Positions 13,731 through 28,481 of a stretch of DNA of 64,000 nt are shown here, in pieces. The notes under the pieces are model-generated. The model was given only the letters and a program-made list of their open reading frames with translations. It was not told where the DNA came from and searched no databases. The DNA is from Octopus vulgaris (taxonomy: Eukaryota): positions 74,090,001 through 74,154,000 of the forward strand of contig OX597819.1 in assembly GCA_951406725.2 (NCBI GenBank), written 5' to 3'. Numbering within the stretch: the stretch's first letter is position 1; each line of letters opens with the position of its first letter. The position numbers and the translations under genes are program-made.

Positions 13731-14810
13731 GAAATAGTGAGTTACACTTTCATGTTACAAATCGTTGTTACTATCGCCGTCGCCAACGTCGTCGTCGTCA
13801 TTATCATTATCATCATCATGTGTATCAGCTCCATCATCTTCACGACGACGACGACGACCACCACCACTACCACCACCACCACCACAATCCTCACCATCAC
13901 CACCGCCAGAACGAAATAAAGAAACCAATCACTCAAACATCGTATAATTCCCTGAAGCACAACTCAGATACCTTCAGAAATCAAGTGTCTAATATCCCAA
14001 AAAAACGAATACAGAAACTATTGAAAATAATTTACAACCAGCAATACCGACAGTCACAAATGGAGAAATGTGCTTAGAAGCCGAGGAAAGGGGGAGGAGA
14101 AAGAAGAGGAGGAAGGGGGTACGAAACAGAAGAAACAGCATCAATATAAGAATATGGCAAGAACAGAAATCTTCGACTAGATAATAGAAATCCTTGTTGC
14201 AAGCGGCCTGATTCTCCGTCGGTTATTACGACGTGTGTTCCAGATGATACAATCAAACGAACAGAGTTTTCATGAAATTAACGTGCAAGCGGCTGAGTAC
14301 TCCACAGACACGTGTACACTTAACGTAATTCTGAAGGAGATTCAATATGATAAAGAATGTGATAAGGCTGACCCCTTCTGAAATTGCAGGTACAACTCAA
14401 CAGTTTATGACTCAGGGAATGGCAAACATAGTGACATACACCAATGTGACTCTCTCAATCCTTTCTTCGAAGCACAAACGTAAAGGACTTGGTCTTCAAA
14501 AGCCCAACCATCAACACCATGCATTAATCAAACACCCTCATGAAATATCTAGCAAGGATGAATTCACTTACCCACCCCAACCCTGAATTTTCTGTAAAAA
14601 CTTGTGGAGATAGCTGATGCCGGAATACGAAATTAGGCAAAGTTTACAACCATTTAGAAATATCCGAGGGAATAAAGACGGATATTAATTGCGAAACAAG
14701 AAATCTCTTATGTTACATAATCTGGCCTAGTCGTAAGGAAAACTATATTGGTTAAACCGGAATCTCCTTGAGTGATAGAGAGAACATACACACACTTTAT
14801 CCCGACCAAA

Positions 14811-14820
14811 GGGAAATCCC
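14811..14820. promoter_or_regulatory. Consensus NF-kB site GGGAAATCCC
   Basis: Exact GGGRNWYYCC match; homologs at 24254-24263, 42988-42997 and 52435-52444. Confidence 0.35.
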
Positions 14821-15839
14821 ACTTAGTGAAAATTAACTAATTTGCGATGACAAGTTTATTTTTGTCCTGTTTGTCTTTGCTTAAAAGAGACAATCCAAAA
14901 TATTTTTTAAAAATTGAGAAGTATTTTTTAAAAATAAATTCTCCAAAATTAACTTTGCTTTAAAAGACAATACTGAACAAAAGACAATATTTTTTTTACC
15001 TTCCGTCTCGAAATACTTCTTAAGGAGAGATGAAAACGACCCTAAACTGAAAAAATTCCGCCTCACATACATATTTTTATATTACTTTCTCTTTTTCTTA
15101 TTTTTTAATTGAAAATTAGGTGAAACGGAATTTTGACATTTTCACTTCTATCTCTCAATGAATTGTTTCTAGTTTTGCTACTCGTTTATTAATTCTACAC
15201 ATATTAGTATGGAAATTGTGTGTGTATATGTGTGTGTATGTGTGTTTGTGTGTGTATGTATGTATTTATATATCACTGATCCATGTACACGCCTGCACAT
15301 AAACGCCATGTATATCTTAAAGAATCGCTTCTTTTTCATTTTATCACGGGGCCTGTTTGTATGTGGTTGTTATTTTCTCTCCTTCGTATTTCATATCAGC
15401 TATCTCCACAAGCATTTGGAGAAACAATTCCAGATGTGTTTTCAAATGAAATTTCACCTTTGTTAGGTATTGCATGAGAGCATGAACGGGGCCACATACA
15501 CACACATTTTCCCGAGCAAAGGGAAATCCTACTTTGTGAAAATTAACTAATTTGCGTTAAGAAGTTTAATTTTTTTTCCTGTTTGTCTTTGCTTAAGAGA
15601 CAATCCACGACAATTATAACCTTTAATCTAATGAAGATATCCTTGGCATGATGATTAGGTGGCAGTATACACCTCACTTGGATTTTACCACTTCTGAAGT
15701 TTCACTCGCCATGAAACACATGTATCCCGGATTTTCCTTCTCCATTTTGCATTCTTTTTGCAAATTCGCAAAACCTTGTCGCCTACCGTAGAATTGCATG
15801 AAGCTGTCTTACTAAATCTCCATCCCTGGATCTTACATT

Positions 15840-15887
<48 letters not shown>

Positions 15888-15895
15888 TGTGTGTG

Positions 15896-15943
<48 letters not shown>

Positions 15944-16124
15944 CCTATGCATGCATGTATTTATATATGTATGAATGTATATATGTATGTGCTGGTGGTG
16001 AAGATGATGGAGCTGATACACATGATGATGACAATTATAATGACGACGACGACTTTGGCGACGGCGATAGTAACCAACGATTTGTAACATGAAACTGTAA
16101 CTCACTATTCCCCGCTCGATTACC

Positions 16125-16379
16125 TCCCGTTAAGCGAAAGTAACCTACTAGCAATTGGACTGTGACCTATATACTGTGATAAAAATAGTTCATTCATAAA
16201 AGCATTCCTCTTCGCGTAAACCTAAATCTCTGTCACACTGAAAGTAAAATATTAACACAACCTTCAACTTCCGCGAGAAATGAAAGCGAGCAATTTTCGT
16301 AAACTAAATTTAAACGGTAGATAAAGGAAGATGATATCTTCCAGCTTCATGAAGGCCATCACATAGAATGGGATTTTCC
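16125..16379 (+). promoter_or_regulatory. Candidate NF-kB/STAT-like cluster ~1 kb upstream of copy 2
   Basis: TTCGCGTAA at 16211-16219, GAAATGAAAG, GGGATTTTCC at 16370-16379. Confidence 0.4.
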
Positions 16380-16530
16380 AAACCTATCACTTCAAAAACA
16401 ACTATATAAGCCGATATTCCATCGTCACTTAAACACAATAAATTGTAACAAGCAAAGGAACTACAACATGACGTTCTCTCAAAACCTTTTTCATAACGAA
16501 AATTCACACAAAATGAATAACTGTAAGTAT

Positions 16531-16754
<224 letters not shown>

Positions 16755-17002
16755 ATCCAATTCATCCATTTATCTCTCTCGCTCTCTCTCACTCTCTATC
16801 TATCTTTTTTCTTTTTATTCTTTTAATTTTTTATTTTATTTATTTATTTATTTTTCTTTTTCTTCCCTTTTACGATCCCTCTTGATCGAAAACCTACGCC
16901 ACCCCCTTTTTTTTCTTTTTTTTTTGTTTTCTTCATCCCCCAAAAGCTCTACCTTGTAACTTGTCCCATCTGTGTGCAGCCCTGTGTGGCCAATAAAGAA
17001 AC

Positions 17003-17038
<36 letters not shown>

Positions 17039-17358
17039 GTATATAAGTGGTTTTAAATAGCCCCGTCTTTCCTGTGATATATGAAATATCGCATCTTTCC
17101 CTAAAGTGAATATTTCTATTTTTATTACTGTTGAATACAAGCATCACAGTGCAGTGCAATTGTTTTTATTTCTATTATTTAATTATCACACTCAATTCCT
17201 ATGGTAGAACAAAACACAACAAAACACTTAAAACGTGGCCTTCTTCCACTCAGCCATGTATCTATTCACTTCCTTTAACACACTACACAAGACAATTATG
17301 GTTTATATTTAGTGGAACTATGTTAAATATTTGTGAATATCGTTTATTGAGTTCCAAA

Positions 17359-17719
17359 ATGTTCAGCTCATTGTTTACTACACGTGAAAAACTAAGAGCG
17401 ACTTATCGAGTTATTTCTTTTAATAATAACAATTCCTTCAATGTCTCCCTTTCCTTCTAAATGTTCCTTAATGGTATTTTTTTTCTATTTTCCCGTAGAC
17501 TGGCAATATATATTGGTCCTATGTATCTCAGTTTGGACTTCATTCATCCATGGAGCATCGATAAAACCTACAGCGATACCAATTAAATAACATAAAAGCT
17601 CAGCTGGACGTGGCTCGCAGGGCCTCAATAGCCGTGAACACTACTTTGCATTCTTTTGTAAGTTTACATTTATTTCTTCATATATTATTTTTATTATTAT
17701 TGTTATTCTTGATATTGTT

Positions 17720-17802
<83 letters not shown>

Positions 17803-19363
17803 TATTACAACTTAAAACACTCCAATAATATATTACTTAAATTACTACCCACATAATAATTAATAAAGTTCTCATAAAGATCAATATTTATAACTATTCA
17901 GTGTAAACGGACTTCTACTCCGTTGTTTTCTAATCCTATCTGTCCAAATCTCAGACTCATAATATGTCACGTGTTTTTCTACAGTGCCACAACACTCCAA
18001 TGGCTTCTGCGGTATCCTGTCCTCACTTTATTCATATGCTACTCAACCAGACGGAACTTACATTCCCTCAGCTCTACATTCAAGACAATATCACCATCGC
18101 GCAGACAGACTTAGTCAAGGTATGGACATATTATCAAACATATTTTCTTGAAATATTTATACACTTTCTATCTAAACGTCGATTCTATATTTTATAAGAA
18201 ATCTCAATCAGTGTCGAATAAAATTCAAGCTTCTCACAATTCTTTATTACAGATTGCTCTATCCAATATGTCTGCAATCCCTCAGTCAATATGTTACTGT
18301 GTTGAAAAACCAGACGGAAAAAGAATATGACCAGCTGTGTGCCCCTGCCAAACGTATACAGACAAAATGTTATTATCCCGCTGCCTGTTCTAAACTCACT
18401 CCCACATCTGATGCCATATTTTATTGTTACTTAAAACAAACACTTTCTTACCTGGTTGATACGATACTTTTTCTGGATTCACCGGTAAGTATTATTATCG
18501 TAATATATTTTTCTAGATGAAGATTCACGCGATTTCTCTTTTATTTCCTCACGAAAAATTAATGTAGATAAATGCCTTGTTCAATAAAACAGCACCAAAA
18601 TATCCTCATGTTTATCGGAATATATATTAAATATATATCTCATAGAATAGATCCGGGAAGATATGGTCAGTTGATTTAGAGAAATTGTTGACAAGTAATA
18701 TATACTCATTTCGAAGCATTCTTTCAAAGTATTCTTGTATTTCATGACTACCAAAACATTACAAATTACATCTCTTCAGGGTTTCTAAGATTTCTGTCGT
18801 AAAATACTTCCTGCAGACGATAATCATCTTACGTTCTGCACACTTTCCTCATTTTTATAATGTAAATTCAACAGATGTGTAGAATTGCAATCAGCGTAGA
18901 ATGTCTAATTATTATGAAAGAATTACTACAATTAGAATGTAGGAAAAGCTACATTGACCATGTCTAGATCTCCTCCAATTAGGGCTTCCTATATAAATAT
19001 ATATATATAGCTTTATAATGTGTGGACTGTGAGCCACCATGTTATTCGGGGCTTTATGGATAAATATATTCATTACATGTGTGTGTGTGTGTATGTGTGT
19101 GTGTGTGTATGTGTGTGTGTGTGAGTGAGTCTTCGTGTGTGTCTGTGTATTAATATCAATTAATGCTTATCCCTACTTTACAATGTTCTTTTCATATATT
19201 TCAGATATTTTCAAACATCAAACAAAATGTCGAAGTGGATGACAGTCTTTTGCTACCGGACGATGTGCCAATAACCAAGCAGCGATGGTTTACCATAATT
19301 ACACTCCATACACTTCATGAAAATATAAACCACATTCAAAATACTCTAGAATCCTTTATATAA
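17359..19363 (+). CDS. Helical-cytokine-like gene copy 2 (exons 17359-17383, 17499-17657, 17985-18119, 18253-18484, 19205-19363); two +1 indels in this assembly
   Basis: GT-AG boundaries on all introns. Exons 2 and 4 are each 1 nt too long (ccaattaaat; aatccctcag) compared with intact mirror copy 6, probably sequencing errors. Confidence 0.7.
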
Positions 19364-20169
19364 TTGATTCCTGTTATAATACTTCTGGAACCAATCTCAG
19401 TTAGAGAAAAATCAGATACAAGTGTATCGTTTCAATTATGTAGAAGTGTTTTAGCTTCACCACTTAATAATCATATCGACGATTATATTAATCGTTAAAT
19501 ACCAATATTTCCATTAAATTTTTATCTTATATTTTCTTATCACGTTTATAATCGTAAACAATATATATTTCTCCTTTATGAAATAAATATTTCTATTTAA
19601 TATCGTGTTACATCGATGTTGTTGGGATTAAACCAATGGGACTGTGACGTATCAATCTATATATATTTTTCATATATACATACCTATATTTATCTATATA
19701 TATATATTCATATATACATAACTATACCTACGTTATTTAATTCATTTTTAATTTTTTTATTTTCCGATTCCATTTCCTATTTTTTTAATCTTCATTATAA
19801 TATATACACCATATTCCTATGCATTATACTAGGAAAGACTTCCCTGCATACTCACACACACACACACACACACATATACGCCGACATCATTTCTATTATT
19901 TATTATATAAATGAGAATTATATTTTTGTATGGAAACATTAAAGTGTTAATATTTTATTTTATATTCTGTTGTTTGTGTTTTTGATTTTGTTCAATGAGT
20001 GGATTACAACTTCGTTACAGACATCCATATTATATTTACTACTTGTTCCATTATTTCTTGATATGAATAGATGTGATTTTATTTTATGAATAATTTCTTT
20101 TTATATTTCATGTTACAGTCATTTCTTTATCTTTATTATATATTTTATATACATTATATTACAATGTAT

Positions 20170-20835
20170 TTCACCAGTAGGACATTTTTTTCTTCCCGTC
20201 TTCATAAAATAAGTACCATTTACGTAATGGGGTCGTCGAAATCCATTACACCTACCCCGAAATTGCTGGCCCATAGCCAAAGTTGGAAACTATCAATTCT
20301 TGTATCGAACCTGGGCCAGAGGGAATCGTTTCCTCTTTTGAATAAAGCAACTGAGAGGAAAATACGAAGATGATACAAACCTAAGAAACACCTTTCTTCT
20401 CTTTTTCGTTCTTCCAATGTTATGACGAGATTATGTCCTACGGCCCTCACTAGAGAAAATGCAGCAGGAGAAAATATTCCCGGGACTCGTGCAATTCCTC
20501 ATTGAAGCTCATCGAAATACCACAATATTTTTGTCAATATTAGATCAATAATGATCACTGTTATTGAATAATCTTTTAGGAGAATCTCATATTTTCTATA
20601 AGAAAATGTCTCCTTCAAGACATCAGAAAGTTAGTTGGAAAAGTCGTCCTTTTTTCTGCCTCAGTGGTGGCCATGGTTAGAGCGTAGTGCCTGTGAAACA
20701 TAGCGTTCCAATCAAGCCGTGACATAATAGTCTTGATGCGATCAGAAATACGAGAGCTGCGTGTCTCGTTCTCATTTCTTGCTGTGGTGTTTCACTGAGT
20801 GCAGCCATGTCAGAGACGCACAGCTTTACTCGTAA
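20170..20835 (-). mobile_element. Decayed RTE-like LINE remnant (3' flank of copy 2)
   Basis: Homolog of 1720-2450 with an internal deletion; FDTRIDS...NFGVG on the minus strand. Confidence 0.4.
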
Positions 20836-20914
20836 CTATGTATATTATTATTCAGTCTATTTCAAGATTTCTTGCCAATATAGAAAGAACAAGTTTCTAA
20901 CCTAGCTACACACA

Positions 20915-21014
<100 letters not shown>

Positions 21015-21163
21015 TGTATGTTTGTATGTATGTATGTATATATAGGCTCTGGCCTGGCTGTGGTAAGAAGATTTCTTTCGATCTACACGCTTGCAGGTTC
21101 CGTCCCACTGTGTGGCTCCCGTGTGAGTGGATTTGGTAGATGGAAATTGAAAGAAACACGTCG

Positions 21164-21227
<64 letters not shown>

Positions 21228-21249
21228 TATACAAAGAGTGAGAGAGAAG

Positions 21250-21325
<76 letters not shown>

Positions 21326-21343
21326 CAAACAGAGATGTATGTA

Positions 21344-22962
21344 CAATGGCGAAAATTAATTTAAGACCGATGATAAAAGTTCTATTTCTTACAAAATATT
21401 TTGTTACTAACACCATACAAATCATTTTCATCTGTTACACCTTATGCAGAATGTATTTCTTTTCCGAATGATGCAGGCAATAACTATTTTTATACAACTT
21501 GAAGAATTCTAATGCTAAATTCAGACAATCGTTTCAAATTTACCGGCAAAATTAGTTTAAGACCACGTAATATGTATGCAAAGTTTTTTGCCAAAATGGG
21601 TGGTCACACAACTAGCCTAACTGGACGATATAGTGTTATAATTTAACGTTATTATACAATTGATTAATAAGGGGGAAACAACGTCACCTCAGTCCAGTCA
21701 CGAGAGCAAAAATCGTAGTACTTCACCAGCAAAAAGTTTCCTTTTCGAACACCAGCAAGCAACTAAAGTGCAGTAAAACGGCTTACGTGAAAGCGTGGAT
21801 GTTATACTCGGAGACTGGTCAATATAAAGATCGGCAAAGACTGGTGCCCCAAGAAAAACATCGGCACAGTTGGAACGTCGAATCCACCGACTTCGGAAGG
21901 CAACCGACAGCCGTTGATAGTTGTAAACAATTGTCCATCGAGAATTGTGTTATTTTTGCACTACCAAACCGTCCGCAACCTTTTGAGAGAAATTGGACTA
22001 CATGGACGAATCGCTAGGAAAAAGTCAATAATATCCGAAAGAAATCGACTCAAACGCCTTAATTTCGCAAAAAGCCATGCTCAATGAACTGCCGTAGATT
22101 GGTGCAGGTTCCCTTGAGTGACGAGTCACGCCTCTGTATATTTGGATCAGATGGTAAAACACACGTCATTTATTGCCCAACCGAGGAATTCCATCCCAAA
22201 TACGTAGTAAAAAGCGGTGGGTGGGGATGGGGTTGTGATGGTGAGGGCGGCATTTAGTAGTTTTGGTGTTGGCCCTCCAGAATAAAGTTGATGGAAAGCT
22301 AAATAGTGCAGGTTATAGTGAATCCGGACCATAGGATAATGATGTGCCATATTTGACTCACCAAATGCCTTCGGGGCTATTTATCAGAAGGACAATATTC
22401 CTGTGCACCAAGCCCACAAGTTATGGAATTTTTCGGATCAACATAATATTGACGTAATCGAATGGCTTCCCCAGAGCCCGGACCTGAACTGATCGACAAC
22501 CTGTGGAATTATGTTTCCCAAATGTCCATATGCTAATAAACCATCTAATCAACAAAACAATTGTTCGATTGGCAAAATATTTCCATACAATTTTGTTTTC
22601 ACTTAGCGAATTCAATGCCGAGACGTTGTTCAGCCGTTATTAAGAATAAAGGCTACGGCACAGAGTACTAATCTGTATTTCTTGTTCTTGTTGCTCATTT
22701 TTGCTACAATCTTAAGCTTTAAATAAAATTATAATGATATGGTTTTAAACTAATTTTGCCGGTAAATTTGAAACGGTTATATTAATTTAGCATTAGAATT
22801 CATCAAGTTGTATAAAAATAGTTATTGTCTGCATCATTCGAAAGAGAAATGAATTCTGCATAAGGTGTAAAAGATAAAGATAATTTGTATGGTGCTAGTA
22901 ACAAAATATTTTGTAAAGAAATAGAAATTTTAACATCGGTCTTGCATTTATTTTCGCCAGTG
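21344..22962 (+). mobile_element. Tc1 transposon, pseudogenised, nested in SINE (head ~21044-21165, tail ~22981-23075)
   Basis: Same TIRs and the same flanks as 3036-4663; TA on both sides; transposase broken. Confidence 0.92.
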
Positions 22963-25613
22963 TATGTATGTATGAATGTTTGTGTCGCCCCCCCCCCCCC
23001 AGCATTGCTTGAGACCCGATGCTGGTGCGGTTTCGTCCCCGTACACTAGCGGTTCGGCAAAGTAGTCCGATAGATTTATGAATGAACTATTTTTATCACA
23101 GTATATAGGTCACAGTCCAATTGCTAGTAGGTTACTTTCGCTTAACGGGAAAGAACTGAGCGGGGAATAGTGAGTTACGGCTTCATGTTACAAATCGTTG
23201 TTACTATCGCCGTCGCCAAAGTCGTCGTCATTATCATTGTAACCATCATATATATCATCTCCATCATCATCTTCACTACAACCAACACCACCACCACCAC
23301 CACCACCACCACCAGAACGAAATAAAGAAACCAATCACTCAAACATCGTATAGCTCCCTCCATCACAACTCACATACGTTCAGAAATCAAGTGTCTAATA
23401 TCCCAAAGAACGAATACAGAAAGTATTGAAAATAATTTACAACCAACAATACCGACAGTCACAAATGGAGAAAGGTACTTAGGCGGAGGAGGAGGAGGAG
23501 GAGGAATGGAAGGGAGGTGGTGGTGGTGGTGGAGGAGAAGAAGGAGGAAGAGGTAGAAGAGGAGGGAGGGGAGGCGAAACAGAAGAAACAGCATCAATAT
23601 AAGAATATGGCACGAACAGAAACCTACGACTAGATTATAGAAATCCTTATTGCAAGCGACCTAGTTCTCCGTCGGTTATGACGACGAGTTTTCCAGATGA
23701 TACAATCAAACGAACAGAATGCTCATGAAATTAACGTGCAAGCGGCCGAGTACTCCACAGACACGCGTACACTTAACGTAATTCTGAAAGAGGTTCAATA
23801 TGATAAAGAATGTGATAAGGCTGGGACCCCTTTTGAATTGCAGGTACAACTCAACAGTTGTGACTCAGGAATGGCAAACATAGAGGCATTCACCAATGTG
23901 ACTCTCTCAATCCTTTCTTTGAAGCACAAACGTAAAGGACTTGGTCTTCAAAAGCCCAACCATCAACACCATGTCAATCAAAAACCATCAAGTAATATCT
24001 AGCAAAGATTAATTCACTTACCCACCCCAACCCCGAATTTTCTGTAAAAACTTGTGGAGATAGCTGATGCGGAATATGAATTAGGCAAAGTTACAACCAG
24101 TTAGAAATATCCGAGGGATAAAGACGGATATTAATTGCGAAACAAGAAATCTCTTATGTTACATAATCTGGTCAATCTTAAGGAAACTACATTGGTTAAA
24201 CCGGAATCTCCTTGATGAAAGAGTGAACATACACACACATTATTCCGAGCAAAGGGAAATCCCACTTAGTGAAAATTAACTAATTTGTGATAACAAGTTT
24301 ATTTTTATCCTGTTTGTCTTTGCTTAAGAGACGATCCAAAATATTTTTTAAAAATTGAGAAGTATTTTCTAAAAATATATTCTCCAAAATTAACTTTGCT
24401 TAAAAACAATAATGAACAAAAGAAAATATGGACAAATTAATTGATAAGTACACATATATTTCTAGGATGAATTCGCTAAGATGAGCTATAGAAGTCTAAA
24501 GAGCGAAATTTGTATGGAATCGTCGTATCGATAAAGTTGTTTATTTCCTCTCGCTGTCTTGACAACGCGTGGGGAGCAACATCCGAAGTTTACAGAGCAG
24601 ATATTCTCTGACATGTAAAAATTGTTTGTCTTCAAGAAATATTTGTGAAATGGCACCAAAGATTATCATGTTGTAAAGCCCGACGTGATGGGCTTTGCCC
24701 ATTCTGAATACAGTCGCACTATTGTTGTGATTTATTTTATAATTTCTTTTTATATTTTATGTTACAGTCATTTCTTTATCTTTATTATATATTTTATATA
24801 CATTATATTACAATGTATCTCACCTGTAGGATAGTCAGTCTTCCTGTCATCATAAAATAAGTACCATTTACGTAATGGGGTCGTCGAAATCCATTACACC
24901 TCCCCCGAAATTGCTGGCCCATATCAAGAAATAATGGAACAAGCAGTAAATATAATATGGATGTCTGTAACGAAGTTGTAATCCACTCATTGAACAAAAT
25001 CAAAAACACAAACAACAGAATATAAAATAAAATATTAACACTTTAATGCTTCCATACAAAAATATAATTTCCATTTATATAATAAATAATAGAAATGATG
25101 TTGGCGTATATGTGTGTGTGTGTGTGTGTGAGTATGCAGGGAAGTCTTCCTAGTATAATGCATAGGAATATGGTGTATATATTATAATGAAGATTAAAAA
25201 TAGGAAATGGAATCGGAAAATAAAAAAATAAAAAAATGAATTAAATAACGTAGGTATAGTTATGTATATATGAAGATATATATAGATAAATATAGGTATG
25301 TCTATATAAGATATATATAGATTGATACGTCACAGTCCCATTGGTGTAATACCAATAACATCGATGTAACACGATATTAAATAGAAATATTTAGTTCAAA
25401 AAGGAGAAATATATATTGTTTAGCGATTATAAACCCGAAAAGAAAATATAAGATAAAAATTTATGGAAATATTGGTATTTAACGATTAATATAATCGTCG
25501 ATATGATTATTAAGTGGTGAAGCTAAAACACTTCTACATAATTGAAACGATACACTTGTATCTGATTTTTCTCTAACTGAGATTGGTTCCAGAATTATTA
25601 TAACGGGAATTAA

Positions 25614-27348
25614 TTACATAAAGGATTCTAGAGTATTTTGAATGTGGTTTATATTTTCATGAAGTGTATAGAGTGTAATTATGGTAAACCATCGCTGCTT
25701 GGTTATTGGCACATCATCCGGTAGCAAAAGACTGTCATCCACTTCGACATTTTGTTTGATGTTTGAAAATATCTGAAATATATGAAAAGAACATTGTAAA
25801 TAAGAGATACACAATAATTGATATTAATACACAGACACACACGATGACGCACTCACACACACACACGTGTAATGAAACCGAATAACGGAGCTCACAGTCC
25901 ACACATTATAAAGCTTTATATATATATTTATCCAGAAGCAGTCCTACTTGGAGGAGATCTAAACCTGGTCAATGTAGCTATTTCCCCCTACAATCAATAC
26001 TATAGAGACATTTATACGCACACATTATATATCACATTTACTAATACTAAAAATATACACACATCTTATATATGAATTTACTATTAATAATAATATAGAC
26101 ATAGATGCAAACACACGTATATATTACGTATAACATTTTTTGATAGAGTAAGTTATATTATTAAATTAGAACGGTTCAAAATTATTATAATTCTAGTAAT
26201 TCCGTCAAATAATTAGACATTCTACGCTGGTTACAATTCTACGCATTGTTGTCTACATCATATAAATGAGGAAAGTGTGCATAACGTAAGCTGATTATCG
26301 TCTGCACGAAGTATTTTACGACAGAAATCTTAGAAAACCTGAAGAGATGTAATTTGTAATATTTTGGTAGTCATGAATCACAAGAATACTTTGAAAGAAT
26401 GCTTCGAAATGACTATATATTACTCCGAGGGAATCTAAAGAATAGCACCATTGATCTTTGTCAACAATTTCTGTAAATAAACTGACCATATCTTCCCGGA
26501 TCAATTCTATGAGTTATATATTTAATATATTCCGATAAACATGAGGATATTTTGGTGCTGTTTTTTCAACAGGGAATTTATCTACATAAATTTTACGTAA
26601 GGAAATGAAAGAGAAATCGCGTGAATCTTCATCTAGGAAAATATATTCCGATAATAATACTTTGCCGGTGATTCCAGAAAAAGTATCGTATCAACCAGGT
26701 AAGAAAGTGTTTGTTTTAAATAACAATAAAATATGGCATCAGATGTGGGAGTGAGTTTAGAACAGGCAGCGGAATAATAACACTCTGTCTGTATACGTTT
26801 GGCAGGGGCACACAGCTGGTCATATTCTTTTTCCGTCTGGTTCTTCAACACAGTAACATATTGACTGAGGGTTGCAGACATATTGGATAGAGCAATCTGT
26901 AATAAATAATTGCGAGAAGTTTGAATTTTATTCAACACTGATTGAGATTTCTTATAAAATATAAATCGAGTTTAGATAGAAAGTGTATAAATATTTCAAG
27001 AAAATATGTTTGATAATATGTCCATACCTTGACTAAATCTGTCTGCGCGATGGTGATATTGTCTTGAATGTAGAGCTGAGGGAATGTAAGTTCCGTCTGG
27101 TTGAGTAGCGTATGAATAAAGTGAGGACAGGATACCGCAGATGCCAATGGAGTGTTGTGGCACTGTAGAAAAACACGTGACATATTATGAGATTTGGACA
27201 GATAGGATTAGAAAATAACGGAGTAGAAGTCCGTTTACACTGAACTAGTAGTTACAAATATTGATCGTTATGAGAACCTTATTAAATATTATGTGGGTAG
27301 TATGTTAAGCAATATATCATTGGAGTGGTATAAGAAGTTGTAATAATA

Positions 27349-27416
<68 letters not shown>

Positions 27417-27777
27417 AATAATATCAAGTATAACAATAATAATAACAATAATATATGAATGAATATATGTAAACTTACAAAAGAGTGCAAAGTAGTGTTC
27501 ACAGCTATCGAGGCCCTGCGAGCCGTATCCAGTTGTGCTTTTATGTTATTTATTGGTATCGCTGTAGGTTTTATCGATGCTCCCTGGATGAATGAAGTCC
27601 AGACTGAGATACACAGGACCAATATATATTGCCAGTCTACGGGAAAATAGAAAAAAATAACCATTAAGGAACATTTAGAAGGAAAGGGAGACATTGAAGG
27701 AATTATTATTATTAAAATGAAATAACTCGATAAGTCGCTGTTAGTTTTTCACGTGTAGTAAACAATGAGCTGAACAT
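25614..27777 (-). CDS. Helical-cytokine-like gene copy 3 (exons 27777-27753, 27636-27479, 27162-27028, 26896-26666, 25772-25614)
   Basis: Exon sizes 25/158/135/231/159 nt give an open 235-aa reading frame. The intron-4 donor is GC rather than GT. Confidence 0.8.
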
Positions 27778-27992
27778 TTTGGAACTCAATAAACGATATT
27801 CACAAATATTTAACATAGTTCCACTAAATATAAACCACAATTTTTTGTGTTGTGTGTTAATGTGTCTATATAATTAATAGTAGTAAATTCATATATAAGA
27901 TGTGTGTGTATATTGTTAGTATTAGTTAATGTGATATATAATACGTGTGTTTACAACCACTTATATTAAAGCCACTTACATTGATAGATAGC

Positions 27993-28035
<43 letters not shown>

Positions 28036-28043
28036 ATAGATAA

Positions 28044-28079
<36 letters not shown>

Positions 28080-28094
28080 CTAGATAGAAAGAAT

Positions 28095-28153
<59 letters not shown>

Positions 28154-28445
28154 TAAATGCATACATAGACAGGGACATACATATATTTACATATGTCTGT
28201 GCGTGTGTATATGTGTGTATATGTGTGTGGAGTGTGTGTCATTGTCGCACTCTCTTGAGTACCGCTTGACGACCAATGCTTGTGTGTTTATATACAGGAA
28301 TTGTAACTGTTCGGTAAAAAATTACCAAAAGAATAAGTACATGGCTTTAGAAATAAGTCCTCGGTTTGGTGAATTCCACCTTAACAGTTTTCAAGGTTGT
28401 GTCACGGCATGGCCGCAAACCTGCAGGTTCAAACATAAAACACAG

Positions 28446-28481
<36 letters not shown>

